Assembly: GCA_964453215.1 (NCBI GenBank)
Contig: CAYVRR010000003.1
Location: 8,655 to 72,654, forward strand
Length of the DNA stretch: 64,000 nt
Direction: 5' to 3'
DNA from: an uncultured Spirochaetaceae bacterium
GTDB taxonomy: Bacteria > Spirochaetota > Spirochaetia > Sphaerochaetales > Sphaerochaetaceae
Shown piece after piece: positions 9,742 through 19,512 of the stretch. The notes beneath the pieces were generated by a model. It saw only the letters and a list, made by a program, of their open reading frames with translations, made no database searches and was not told the DNA's origin. How positions within the stretch are numbered: position 1 is the first letter of the stretch; every line of letters begins with the position of its first letter. The position numbers and the translations under genes are program-made.

Positions 9742-10760
9742 CTATTACGACTTTTGGAGAGTCACATGGACCTGCTATTGGGGTGATAATTGATGGGTTA
9801 GAGAGTAATTTTGAGATAGATTTAGAAGACTTACGATATCAAATGTCTAGAAGGAGACCAGGAGGGAATCGTTTAGGAACGAAGAGAGATGAACAAGATG
9901 AAGTTGAGATACTCTCGGGTCTTTTTGAAGGGAAAACGACAGGGACTCCTGTTGCTTTGCTCATTAGAAATACTAATCAACAGAGTAAAGACTACTCCCC
10001 TATTTCCTCTTTCTTTCGACCAGGTCATGCAGATTATACATGGCAAGAAAAATTTGGTATTAGAGATTGGAGAGGAGGAGGGAGAAGTAGTGGAAGAGAA
10101 ACTGCTGCTCGTCTAGCTTCTGGTGCAATAGCGATGCAAATCCTCAAACAAAAAGGGGTATCTATTAGAGCCTTTGTTACCCAAATAGGTCCCATTAAAG
10201 CACAAAAACGAGATTTTTCAGTCATCACAAAAAACTTAGTATCATGTCCTGATATGGAGGCAGCATCTCAAATGGAATCTTTAATAGATGACATTAGAGA
10301 AAAGAATGACTCTGTTGGAGGCATCATTGAGTGTCATATTACTGGAGTTCCTGTTGGCTTGGGTGAGCCTGTTTTTCAAAAAACAGAAGCACTCCTTTCT
10401 CACGCAATTATGTCTATTGGTGCAACCAAGGGGATAGAATTTGGAGAAGGGTTTAATTGTGTTAACTTTAAGGGCTCTCAACATAATGATATGATGGACA
10501 GAAATGGCTTTTTATCGAATCATGCCGGCGGTATTAATGGTGGCATTACAAATGGAGAAAACATTATTTTTAGAGTTCCAATTAAACCAACGGCTTCAAT
10601 CTCATTAGAACAAAAAACTCGCGACATACAAGGAAATGAACAAAGTATCACAGTGGAAGGGAGACATGATCCTTGTATTTGTGTCCGTATCCCCCCTGTA
10701 ATAGAAGCAATGAGTGCCCTTACAATACTCTCTCTTTGGTATGATCAGCATGGTAGATAA
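9711..10760 (+). CDS. aroC: Chorismate synthase
   Basis: GNTFG...TTFGESHG N-terminus, RRPGG, GGGRSSGRET and EGRHDPC signatures. Confidence 0.92.
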   Translation: MGGNTFGTSLTITTFGESHGPAIGVIIDGLESNFEIDLEDLRYQMSRRRPGGNRLGTKRDEQDEVEILSGLFEGKTTGTPVALLIRNTNQQSKDYSPISSFFRPGHADYTWQEKFGIRDWRGGGRSSGRETAARLASGAIAMQILKQKGVSIRAFVTQIGPIKAQKRDFSVITKNLVSCPDMEAASQMESLIDDIREKNDSVGGIIECHITGVPVGLGEPVFQKTEALLSHAIMSIGATKGIEFGEGFNCVNFKGSQHNDMMDRNGFLSNHAGGINGGITNGENIIFRVPIKPTASISLEQKTRDIQGNEQSITVEGRHDPCICVRIPPVIEAMSALTILSLWYDQHGR

Positions 10761-12408
10761 GCCTCTTATTATTCAAAGTGACCTCTCTTTATTACTCGAT
10801 GTACACTCACCAAAGGCAATTGAAGCAAGAAATGATTTAATTGCTTTTGCAGAGCTCATTAAATCGCCAGAGCACGTACACACATATGTAATCACTCCCC
10901 TCTCACTGTGGAATGCTTCGAGTGCAGGGGTGAATCATGATGAAGTGCTTAGGAGGCTAGAAAAATATTCTCGCTTTGAAATCCCTCAAACTGTCTTGTT
11001 CCACATATCTGAGATAAGTCAACGTTTTGGTGCAATTAGTCTAGAGAGTTATCTCGATAATAGTGAGTATTATTATGTAACTTTCAAAACTGAAAGAATT
11101 AAACAAGAAGTTCTCTCTCGTCCTCAGTTTGCTTCAATGCTTACACAGTTTCATGAAGGGTATCTAATAAAAATATATTCTCGTGGGGAATTTAAATTAC
11201 AATTAATAAAATTAGGATATCCTGTTGATGATAAAGTACCTATCTCTGCTTCTAAAGATGTTTTAGTCTCTTTTAAGAAGACCTCTTCAAGTGGAGTTCA
11301 ATTTGTATTACGAGATTATCAAAAGAATGCAGCAGATGCACTATTAGGAGATTACTCCCCTGGAACAGGATATGGAACAATTGTTCTTCCCTGTGGTTCT
11401 GGTAAGACTGTTGTTGGTATGGAAATTATCACCAGGCTACAAACAAAGACCTTAATACTTAGCACCAATGTCTCTGCAGTTCACCAATGGATTAGTGAGT
11501 TGTATGATAAACTCGACCTCCCAATAGGATCTGTTGGTGAATATAGTGGAATGAGGAAAGAGTTAAAAGATATCACTGTGGCAACGTATCAAGTACTTAC
11601 CTATAGAAAAGATAAAAATAGTGATTTTATTCATATGGAGGCTGTTAAAAACCAAGGATGGGGGCTCATCATTTTTGATGAAGTTCATATGCTACCAGCT
11701 CCTGTCTTCAAAATTACAGCTGAAATGCAATCTGTCTACCGAGTTGGCCTCACAGCTACCTTGATTAGAGAAGATAATAGAGAAGATGAGGTATTTTCTC
11801 TTGTTGGACCAAAGCGGTATGATGTTCCATGGAGCGAACTTGAAAAAAGTGGGTGGATCGCTGAAGCAGAGTGTGTTGAAATACGGGTTCATCTTCCCAC
11901 TCATAAAGAGATTGAGTATGCGATAGCATCAAAGAGACAAAAATATCGTATTGCGAGTGAAAATGAGCGCAAAATTGAGATTGTAAAGGAGTTGATTGAG
12001 AATCATCAACAAGACTTTATCCTTGTCATAGGACAATATATAACTCAATTACAAACAATCGCTAAAGAGATTAACGCACCGCTCATTACAGGAAGCACAC
12101 CTGAAATAAAGCGTGATGAATTATATCAAGCATTTAGACAAGGGAAGCAACGAATTTTAGTTGTTTCAAAAGTTGCAAATTTTGCAATTGACCTTCCAGA
12201 TGCTTCTGTTGCAATTCAAGTCAGTGGTTCTTTTGGCTCAAGGCAAGAAGAAGCTCAGAGACTTGGGAGGATTTTACGCCCTAAAAAGCAAAACTCCCAC
12301 TTTTATTCAATTGTAACAAGATTTTCTAGTGAAGAGGAGTTTGCCGCCCATAGGCAAAAATTTCTAAGTGAACAGGGGTATCACTATCGTTTAGAGGTAT
12401 ATTCTTGA
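10750..12408 (+). CDS. XPB/Ssl2/Rad25-type SF2 DNA helicase
   Basis: Walker A PCGSGKT, DEVH box (IFDEVH) and LTATLIRED, which is the RED motif characteristic of XPB. An N-terminal domain of about 170 aa precedes the helicase core. The ATG at 10750 (MVDKPLIIQSD) lies inside the last codons of aroC (11-nt overlap). Confidence 0.8.
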   Translation: MVDKPLIIQSDLSLLLDVHSPKAIEARNDLIAFAELIKSPEHVHTYVITPLSLWNASSAGVNHDEVLRRLEKYSRFEIPQTVLFHISEISQRFGAISLESYLDNSEYYYVTFKTERIKQEVLSRPQFASMLTQFHEGYLIKIYSRGEFKLQLIKLGYPVDDKVPISASKDVLVSFKKTSSSGVQFVLRDYQKNAADALLGDYSPGTGYGTIVLPCGSGKTVVGMEIITRLQTKTLILSTNVSAVHQWISELYDKLDLPIGSVGEYSGMRKELKDITVATYQVLTYRKDKNSDFIHMEAVKNQGWGLIIFDEVHMLPAPVFKITAEMQSVYRVGLTATLIREDNREDEVFSLVGPKRYDVPWSELEKSGWIAEAECVEIRVHLPTHKEIEYAIASKRQKYRIASENERKIEIVKELIENHQQDFILVIGQYITQLQTIAKEINAPLITGSTPEIKRDELYQAFRQGKQRILVVSKVANFAIDLPDASVAIQVSGSFGSRQEEAQRLGRILRPKKQNSHFYSIVTRFSSEEEFAAHRQKFLSEQGYHYRLEVYS

Positions 12409-14348
12409 TTGACCAAACCATGTTAACAAAATTTACAGCATCTCTTTCAATGATTCCAGATAATGAATATTTTGGAATTATTGAAACTTATTTAGGAAAG
12501 GTTCCAACTCCTTTCCATAAACCACAATTACATCATGCTTTAGCAACATTTTTTGCAAATGATGAAGTAGTACAAAATATTATTAAAAGAATAGATGAAC
12601 TCGATACTCTCTTAATTAGTGCCCTCGTATTGGCATCCACTTTAAGTGAAAAAGATTTGTGTAATATGTTTAGTGAAACTCACCAATATTCGAAAGTGAT
12701 GGCGAGGGTAATTAATTTAGAAGAGCGTCTCATTTTCTTACCAAATCCACTGCAAAAACAGAAATTATTTATAAATCCGCTTCTCTTAAAGGTCCTCAAA
12801 AGAGAAGTTGTCTCTATTGGGCACCTTTTTGGGGAAAAAGGTTCACTATCCTATAATTTTACTCATCACCTACCATACTACATACAAGGATTAACAAGTT
12901 TTGCAATTCATCAAGGGCGTGAGAAAAAGAAAAAAGAGAAGGAAACACTCCTTTCATCCCTATTTGTTCACGCCCATAAAGGGCAAGAGCATGAAATGGC
13001 TTGGCAAAAGGGTATCGTTGATTTTCTCACCCACACGGTGGAAAATGGCACTGTTGACTCTCTCCTTTCCCACTCTCCAATAGAGATGATCTATACAATT
13101 ATAAAAGAGATCTCTACAACACACACACTACCCCTAGCAGCCCTTAACGAGAGTGAAGATATATATCGTTTTCTCATTTTCTGTGACCACAGTTTACGTG
13201 AACTACACATCTCACACGCTTCTGGCTTAAAACGATTACTCTACATAGCATCATCCATTCATTCTATCGAAGTAAAAGATATTGATGAGCTTTGCTCTTT
13301 ATTACATTTTTTTGGACTATTTTTAATTGATGATACACATAATAAAGTAGAAGCCCCATCTGGTATAATAGACACTGATTTATCAATCACCTTCCACCCC
13401 TCTTTAGGGAAGTTTATCCCTAATACCATCCACTATTATGCTCAAATAGTCTCTTTTGATACTGCTATCATGTACCAAATTACAAAAGGGAGTGTGTGCA
13501 GAGCTTTTGATTACCACTTTAGTGTTCAAGATATTATTAATGATATCGCTTCGTGGTCACCACATATCTCACTTCTTTTGACTCAACAATTAGAGCATAT
13601 GTATGTAGAGTGGGAGCAAATTAAAATTTATGATGGAATAAGTGTCGTAGTGCATGAACGATTAGAAAAAATAATTGACAATTATGAACCTCTTAAGCCT
13701 TACATCATCAAAAAGATTGCAAGTAAGGTCTTCCTCTTCACAAAAGAAGGAGAGAAGAAGTGGAGAGATGAATTAGTTAAAATTGGAATTGTAACGCTTC
13801 CTTCAACAATCACTCATGCCATTGAAGAGAAAGAGGAGTCTATAGAGATACCTGATATTATTGTTGATGATGATAAGAAATTTGTTATTGAAGACTCATT
13901 CTTCTCTTTTTCAGATATACCAACACATCGTGAGATTTCTGCATTAAGTGAAGATTTAAAATCGCAAGTAACTCATCGCTTTCCAGATGGAACTATGAGA
14001 GATGAATTGATTGCTAAAATTGAGCAAAAAATTATTATGTTACCATCACAAATACAAGAGCCTACGAAAAAAAATGCTCACATAAAAGCATCAGGTTTTG
14101 ATTTTAACAAGAAATTACTCGTAGTTAAAACTGCAATGGAGCATAAATCCCTTTTACTCGATATTAGTTGCTTAAATGATGATGGGGAGTTAGATTCCTT
14201 GATTGGTCATCCTGTTGCCTACACAGCTCAAGATAAGAATGGGAGTGTTATTATTAAAACTATCCCTGATAACAAAGAAGTAGTAATTCCAATTCAAAAA
14301 ATATTTCTCATCAAAACTATTAAACAATCAGTCTTCTTTAAAATCTAG
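12405..14348 (+). CDS. Uncharacterised 647-aa protein translationally coupled to the XPB helicase
   Basis: Long uninterrupted ORF. The TTG start overlaps the helicase stop (TTGA) and GAGG lies 7 nt upstream; an alternative ATG is at 12420. I recognise no catalytic motif. Contains a Lys-rich linker REKKKKEKE. Confidence 0.6.
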   Translation: MIDQTMLTKFTASLSMIPDNEYFGIIETYLGKVPTPFHKPQLHHALATFFANDEVVQNIIKRIDELDTLLISALVLASTLSEKDLCNMFSETHQYSKVMARVINLEERLIFLPNPLQKQKLFINPLLLKVLKREVVSIGHLFGEKGSLSYNFTHHLPYYIQGLTSFAIHQGREKKKKEKETLLSSLFVHAHKGQEHEMAWQKGIVDFLTHTVENGTVDSLLSHSPIEMIYTIIKEISTTHTLPLAALNESEDIYRFLIFCDHSLRELHISHASGLKRLLYIASSIHSIEVKDIDELCSLLHFFGLFLIDDTHNKVEAPSGIIDTDLSITFHPSLGKFIPNTIHYYAQIVSFDTAIMYQITKGSVCRAFDYHFSVQDIINDIASWSPHISLLLTQQLEHMYVEWEQIKIYDGISVVVHERLEKIIDNYEPLKPYIIKKIASKVFLFTKEGEKKWRDELVKIGIVTLPSTITHAIEEKEESIEIPDIIVDDDKKFVIEDSFFSFSDIPTHREISALSEDLKSQVTHRFPDGTMRDELIAKIEQKIIMLPSQIQEPTKKNAHIKASGFDFNKKLLVVKTAMEHKSLLLDISCLNDDGELDSLIGHPVAYTAQDKNGSVIIKTIPDNKEVVIPIQKIFLIKTIKQSVFFKI

Positions 14349-15785
14349 ATCTATTTCAAGTCTCTTTGGATAATGGTAGCCGGTAAAACTCTCAAATTGT
14401 AGTGTTCCTTGTCTAAAGAGCATATCGATACCAAAATAGAGGGTGGCTCCTTTTTCTTTTGCTCTTTGTAACATCTTGGTATACTTAGGGGTATAAATAA
14501 GTTCATATACGTGGTGGCGCGAGCTAAATTCAAACTCTTTTATAGGATCCCCATCTGTATCTCCCCTCATCCCAAGGCTCGTTGTTTGTACTACAAGGTC
14601 AACTTTCTCATACTTTTTCCCATTCTCTAGTGAATCAAAACTGCTCATTGTAACATCGGCTAATCTTTTCGCTTTATCGATGTCTCTGTTGATGATAGTA
14701 ACTTTACACCCATAGTTTCTTAATGCCCACACCACAGCTCGTGCAGCCCCTCCAGCTCCAACGACGAGTGCACTCTCTATCCGGCCATCTTGTAAAAGGG
14801 GTAAAAGGGGTTCTATAAATCCATAGTAGTCGGTATTAGTCCCTTTCCAAAGGTGCTTTGCCCTCACTACTGTATTGCATGAACCAATTTGTTTTACTTC
14901 ACGAGTTATTTTTCCAAGGTATGGCAGCACTGCTTGTTTATGGGGGACTGTAACAGAGAACCCATAGATTGGAAGGAGTTCAGCAAGAATAAAAAAAGAC
15001 CTCACTGAGTCAACTAAGAAGGGAACGTAGATTGCATTAAATTTAATCCCATCAAATCCTGGGTTTTGTATATAGGGGCTTCGAGTGTGGAGAACAGGGT
15101 CACCAATTATTCCATATATTTTGGTTCTTTCATTCACTTTATCAGCTCTGTAGACCATTTTCATCACTTTAGGAGTGATATGGTAGGGGACAATGGTATG
15201 TAAACTTGTGTAGGTGATCATCGATCCAAGTCGTTTATAGAGAATGCGGGTAGCACTTCCATAGGGGCCCATTCCAACTATTATTTTTTGTTTGACATGT
15301 TCAAGCTCTTTTTCAACACGAAAAAGTTGGATAACATCGAGCATGGAGTTGGGAGTTACTGCCATTTTTGGAATACACCCTTTTGAGGCAATTTTAGTAA
15401 TTCGATGATATAAATCTGTTGGAATTGAGTCAAAGTCATGGAGGGAGCGGATAATTGAGATCTCCCTTTCTTCTGCTTTTTGAACTATAGAGAGTTTTTT
15501 TACATCCTCTTCAATATCAACATAGGCAAATTCTCCATCTAAAAGTGCCTCTAGAAGGGAGATTCGAGACTTTTCACCCCCCTCATACTTCCCCCCATCA
15601 GATACTCTTCTGCAGGTCAATATGACAGGAAGATTGGTAAGAGTTGGAAAGTCTTTAGCTTTTTGTTGCTCTTCGCTACTAAGAAGGTCAACTCGTAGCT
15701 CAACCATATCTATATATGAGGAATTTTTTGTAATGAAGGAAATATTCTCTTCAAGAGTGCTACCTGTTAAAACTAAACATATCAT
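14328..15785 (-). CDS. Bifunctional type I 3-dehydroquinate dehydratase / shikimate 5-dehydrogenase (AroD-AroE fusion)
   Basis: The N-terminal 220 aa look like type I DHQase (VELRVDLL...). The C-terminal part carries the shikimate dehydrogenase blocks IIGDPVLHTRSP, NVTVPHK-like SVTVPHK and the VVGAGGAARAV NAD(P) site. Confidence 0.85.
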   Translation of the reverse strand: MICLVLTGSTLEENISFITKNSSYIDMVELRVDLLSSEEQQKAKDFPTLTNLPVILTCRRVSDGGKYEGGEKSRISLLEALLDGEFAYVDIEEDVKKLSIVQKAEEREISIIRSLHDFDSIPTDLYHRITKIASKGCIPKMAVTPNSMLDVIQLFRVEKELEHVKQKIIVGMGPYGSATRILYKRLGSMITYTSLHTIVPYHITPKVMKMVYRADKVNERTKIYGIIGDPVLHTRSPYIQNPGFDGIKFNAIYVPFLVDSVRSFFILAELLPIYGFSVTVPHKQAVLPYLGKITREVKQIGSCNTVVRAKHLWKGTNTDYYGFIEPLLPLLQDGRIESALVVGAGGAARAVVWALRNYGCKVTIINRDIDKAKRLADVTMSSFDSLENGKKYEKVDLVVQTTSLGMRGDTDGDPIKEFEFSSRHHVYELIYTPKYTKMLQRAKEKGATLYFGIDMLFRQGTLQFESFTGYHYPKRLEIDLDFKED

Positions 15786-15926
15786 TCCTCATTCCCCCAT
15801 CTATCCTTTACAATAGCGTGTAAGATCTTATTCTCTTATTGCATCCCATTGGTTCAATATGGTACGGTTCATCTTATCCCATAAGAGATGGAATCTGCAA
15901 CACCTTCTCTTTATCTTGAGGCGAAT

Positions 15927-17885
15927 ATGAAAACTCTACAAGTTCAAAACATTTCCTTAGCGTACGCAGATAGAGATTTATTACAAAATGTAAGTTTTAC
16001 CCTATCAACTGGTGGACGTGCTGCTTTAGCAGGAGGAAATGGTTCTGGAAAATCTACTCTTTTAAAAATTATCACATCATCTATAATTAGTGATAGTGGA
16101 ACTATTACTAAAACCAAAGGGATGAGAATTTCATACTTACCTCAATCAGATATTGTTCACACAGGAAAGACCCTCTATGAAGAGGTTGAAAAAGCTTTTG
16201 ACCGCTTTGTAGAAGTTGAAAAAGAGATCAAAGAGTTAGAAAGAAATCTTGCTTCATTACATGAAGGTGCCCCTGTTATGGAACAACTCCTCATACAGTT
16301 GCATGAAAAACAGGAGTATCTTCTCCATAGTGATTATTATAGAAGAAGAGCTGTTATAGAGCGCATTGCTAAGGGGTTAGGTTTCTCTAGTCAAGATTTA
16401 GAGAAAAAATGTGAAACCTTTAGCGGTGGGTGGCAAATGAGAATTGCTCTAGCAAAAATTCTAGCAGAAGATCCTGATGTGATGCTTCTTGATGAACCAA
16501 CAAACTACCTCGATATAGAGTCGCGTATTTGGCTTCGTAACTATATTCAACAATATAGGGGCGCTATTATGATGGTCTCTCACGATCAAGACTTCTTAGA
16601 TGAAACGGTCAATGAGGTGTATGAACTTTTTCAAGCAAGGTTGAAACGGTATAAGGGGAACTATTCCCATTATGTACAGGTAAGAGAAGAGGAGTTTGAG
16701 CAATTAAAGGTTGCCCATGAGAGGCAGATAAAAGAGATTGAAAAAACTGAGAAATTTATTGAGCGGTTTAGATACAAGGCTTCTAAAGCAAAACAGGTTC
16801 AAAGTAGAGAAAAACAACTCGATAAAATTGATATCATTGAAGTTCCTAGCCACCTAAAATCTCTCTCTTTCACCTTTCCCCCTCCTCCTCATTGTGGAAA
16901 TGATGTCTTACGTGTCCGTCAATTATATAAGAGTTATGGGGATTTACACCTTTTTAAAGATTTTTCTCTAGATGTAAATAAGGGTGATCGCCTTGCGATC
17001 ACTGGGCACAATGGAGCTGGTAAAACTACCCTTTTACGAATCTTGAGTAACGTAGATCTTGAATATACAGGAAGTGTTTCTCTTGGAAGTGATGTGAAGG
17101 TGGGCTATTTTGCCCAAGATACAGAGAATACTCTTAATGGGGATAATACTATTTATGAGGAGGTAGCAGAAATTGCTGCGACCTCTGATATTCCTAAATT
17201 GCGTTCACTTTTAGGTTCATTTTTATTTAGTAATGATGATATTGATAAAAAGGTTTCCGTCTTAAGTGGTGGTGAAAAATCTCGTCTTGCTTTGTTAAAA
17301 ATATTGTTACACCCTGTGAACTTATTGATTTTGGATGAACCGACAAACCACCTTGATATAAATGCAAAGAATATGTTGATTAAAGCTCTTTCTATGTATA
17401 AGGGAACACTCATCTGCGTTTCCCACGACACCCACTTTATTAAAGAAATGGCAACTTCAATCCTCTACTTAAGTGAAGATGAGCCAGAACTCTTTGTAGG
17501 AGACTGGGAATATTTTTCCTACAAATTAGAGCAAAAAGAGATGCTGCTTTCACTAGAAGAAGGTGATGATAGTGGTAGCAATGTGTATGAACCTGTAGTT
17601 AAAGAGGCTCAAATTGAGAGAAAAGAGTATAATAGGGCTAAAAACAGATTACAATCTTTGCTCAATGAAGAGAAGAAAATTCTTTTAGATATTCAACACA
17701 CTCAAGATGTAATAAAGAAGATTCTTCAAAGCATGTCAGAAAAAGAAAATTATAGTAATAGTGAAAAAATCACTTCATTAATTCAAAAAAAAGAGGATGT
17801 AGAACAAAAACATGCCACTCTAGAAGAGAAATGGTTTATAATAGCAAAAGAAATCGAAGAGTTACAGGAAGTAGTGGTAATATGA
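15927..17885 (+). CDS. ABC-F family ATPase (two NBDs, no membrane domain)
   Basis: Two Walker A sites (GGNGSGKST, GHNGAGKTT), two LSGG signatures and a coiled-coil C-terminus. GAGG lies 5 nt before the ATG at 15927; the track ORF starts at 15888. Confidence 0.85.
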   Translation: MKTLQVQNISLAYADRDLLQNVSFTLSTGGRAALAGGNGSGKSTLLKIITSSIISDSGTITKTKGMRISYLPQSDIVHTGKTLYEEVEKAFDRFVEVEKEIKELERNLASLHEGAPVMEQLLIQLHEKQEYLLHSDYYRRRAVIERIAKGLGFSSQDLEKKCETFSGGWQMRIALAKILAEDPDVMLLDEPTNYLDIESRIWLRNYIQQYRGAIMMVSHDQDFLDETVNEVYELFQARLKRYKGNYSHYVQVREEEFEQLKVAHERQIKEIEKTEKFIERFRYKASKAKQVQSREKQLDKIDIIEVPSHLKSLSFTFPPPPHCGNDVLRVRQLYKSYGDLHLFKDFSLDVNKGDRLAITGHNGAGKTTLLRILSNVDLEYTGSVSLGSDVKVGYFAQDTENTLNGDNTIYEEVAEIAATSDIPKLRSLLGSFLFSNDDIDKKVSVLSGGEKSRLALLKILLHPVNLLILDEPTNHLDINAKNMLIKALSMYKGTLICVSHDTHFIKEMATSILYLSEDEPELFVGDWEYFSYKLEQKEMLLSLEEGDDSGSNVYEPVVKEAQIERKEYNRAKNRLQSLLNEEKKILLDIQHTQDVIKKILQSMSEKENYSNSEKITSLIQKKEDVEQKHATLEEKWFIIAKEIEELQEVVVI

Positions 17886-18499
17886 AATTCCCTTATGAGA
17901 GTGTAATCCTTGCAAGCCAATCGAGTGCACGTAAGAAATTATTAGAATCAGTTGGCCTCCATGTTATCTCAATGCCCACCTTTTGTGATGAATCTTTTCA
18001 AGCGAGTGATTACAGGGAAGCAACAAAAGAGATTGCCTTAAAGAAATTGCACTCATGTATAGATCAACATACTCACCTTACCTCTGTCATCATTGCAGCA
18101 GATACGATGGTTCGTATTGGTACTACTATTTTAGGAAAGCCGATTAATCGAGATGATGCCTACCGTCAACTTAGTCTCCTATCATCTAAAGTTCATAGCG
18201 TCTGTAGTGGATATGCCATCTTTCTCCCCCACCTAAAAAGAATATATAGTGGCTATAGTGAAACGTGTGTCACGTTTCGACCATTAACTCAACAAGATAT
18301 TACAAATTACCTCGACACGAATGAGTATATAGGGGCCGCAGCCTCATATAGAATTCAAGAGAGGGGGAAAGAACTAATTTCTTCCATAGATGGACAGATC
18401 AGCACTGTGGTGGGGTTGCCAATGATCGCTATTTCTGCCATATTGATGGAACCTGAACATGTAAATTATCAGGAATATCCACCTCAGGGTGAGAAATAG
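17882..18499 (+). CDS. maf: Maf-like nucleoside triphosphate pyrophosphatase
   Basis: [13 protein letters not shown] and AADTMV Maf blocks. The ATG at 17882 overlaps the ABC-F stop (ATGA). Confidence 0.8.
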   Translation: MKFPYESVILASQSSARKKLLESVGLHVISMPTFCDESFQASDYREATKEIALKKLHSCIDQHTHLTSVIIAADTMVRIGTTILGKPINRDDAYRQLSLLSSKVHSVCSGYAIFLPHLKRIYSGYSETCVTFRPLTQQDITNYLDTNEYIGAAASYRIQERGKELISSIDGQISTVVGLPMIAISAILMEPEHVNYQEYPPQGEK

Positions 18500-18558
18500 C
18501 GAAGGGGACAGAAAATTATATAGGCACCTTGTGCCCATTTTCTGTTACAGGAGGAATT

Positions 18559-19491
18559 GTGTCCGTAGTCACTATGAAAAGCCTGCTTGAATCAGGCGTA
18601 CATTTTGGTCACCAAACCAAAAGATGGAATCCAAAAATGGCCCGCTTTATCTTCTCAGAAAGAAACGGGATCCATATCATCGATTTACAAAAAACAAGTG
18701 CTTGTATTGTTGAAGCGTATGACGCTGTAAGAGCCCAAGTAAAAGATGGCAAACATATTTTATTTATTGGGACAAAGAAACAAGCACAACAAACAATTGA
18801 AGCAGAAGCAAAACGCTGTGGTATGCCATACATCAACAATCGTTGGCTCGGTGGTATGCTTACAAACTTCACTACTATCAAAAAATCTATTAATCGTCTC
18901 AAGAAATTAGAGAAAGAAGAACTTGATGGTACATTACAAAGTTACACCAAAAAAGAGATTGCTTTACATCAAAAAGAGAAAGCAAAGTTAGAAAAAAACC
19001 TTGGTGGTATCAAAGAGATGAAAGAGTTGCCTGGTGCAATCTTTATCATTGATACAAAAAAGGAAGCTATTGCTGTTGCAGAAGCAAAACGCTTAGGCAT
19101 TCCAGTAATTGCAGTTGTTGATACTAACTGTGATCCAACAAACATTGATTACCCTATCCCAGGAAATGATGATGCCATTAGAGCTATCTCTTTATTTGTA
19201 GAAATTATTGCTAATGCAGTTCTTGATGCAGACAATGAAGTTGGTATTGAAATTATCGAAACTCTTCCTGACCTTAATGCTCCTGAAGAAGTAGCACTAG
19301 AAGAAGAAGTTGTAGTAGAAGATGATGAAGAAGTAGTTTTTGCTACTGATGATGAACATACTGATTTTACTAAATTCGATGTTGATTTGAAAAAAGAAGA
19401 AGAAAAAGTTGAAGAAGTCTCTAAAGTAAAGGCTGTCAAAGTTACCGAAGGTGGCATTGAAGTTGACGAAGAAATTCTTTACGAAGACTAA
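18559..19491 (+). CDS. rpsB: 30S ribosomal protein S2 with a long acidic C-terminal extension
   Basis: The GTG at 18559 is preceded by [33 protein letters not shown] is the canonical S2 N-terminus. Confidence 0.92.
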   Translation: MSVVTMKSLLESGVHFGHQTKRWNPKMARFIFSERNGIHIIDLQKTSACIVEAYDAVRAQVKDGKHILFIGTKKQAQQTIEAEAKRCGMPYINNRWLGGMLTNFTTIKKSINRLKKLEKEELDGTLQSYTKKEIALHQKEKAKLEKNLGGIKEMKELPGAIFIIDTKKEAIAVAEAKRLGIPVIAVVDTNCDPTNIDYPIPGNDDAIRAISLFVEIIANAVLDADNEVGIEIIETLPDLNAPEEVALEEEVVVEDDEEVVFATDDEHTDFTKFDVDLKKEEEKVEEVSKVKAVKVTEGGIEVDEEILYED

Positions 19492-19512
19492 GATTGAATT
19501 GAGGAGATAGTC

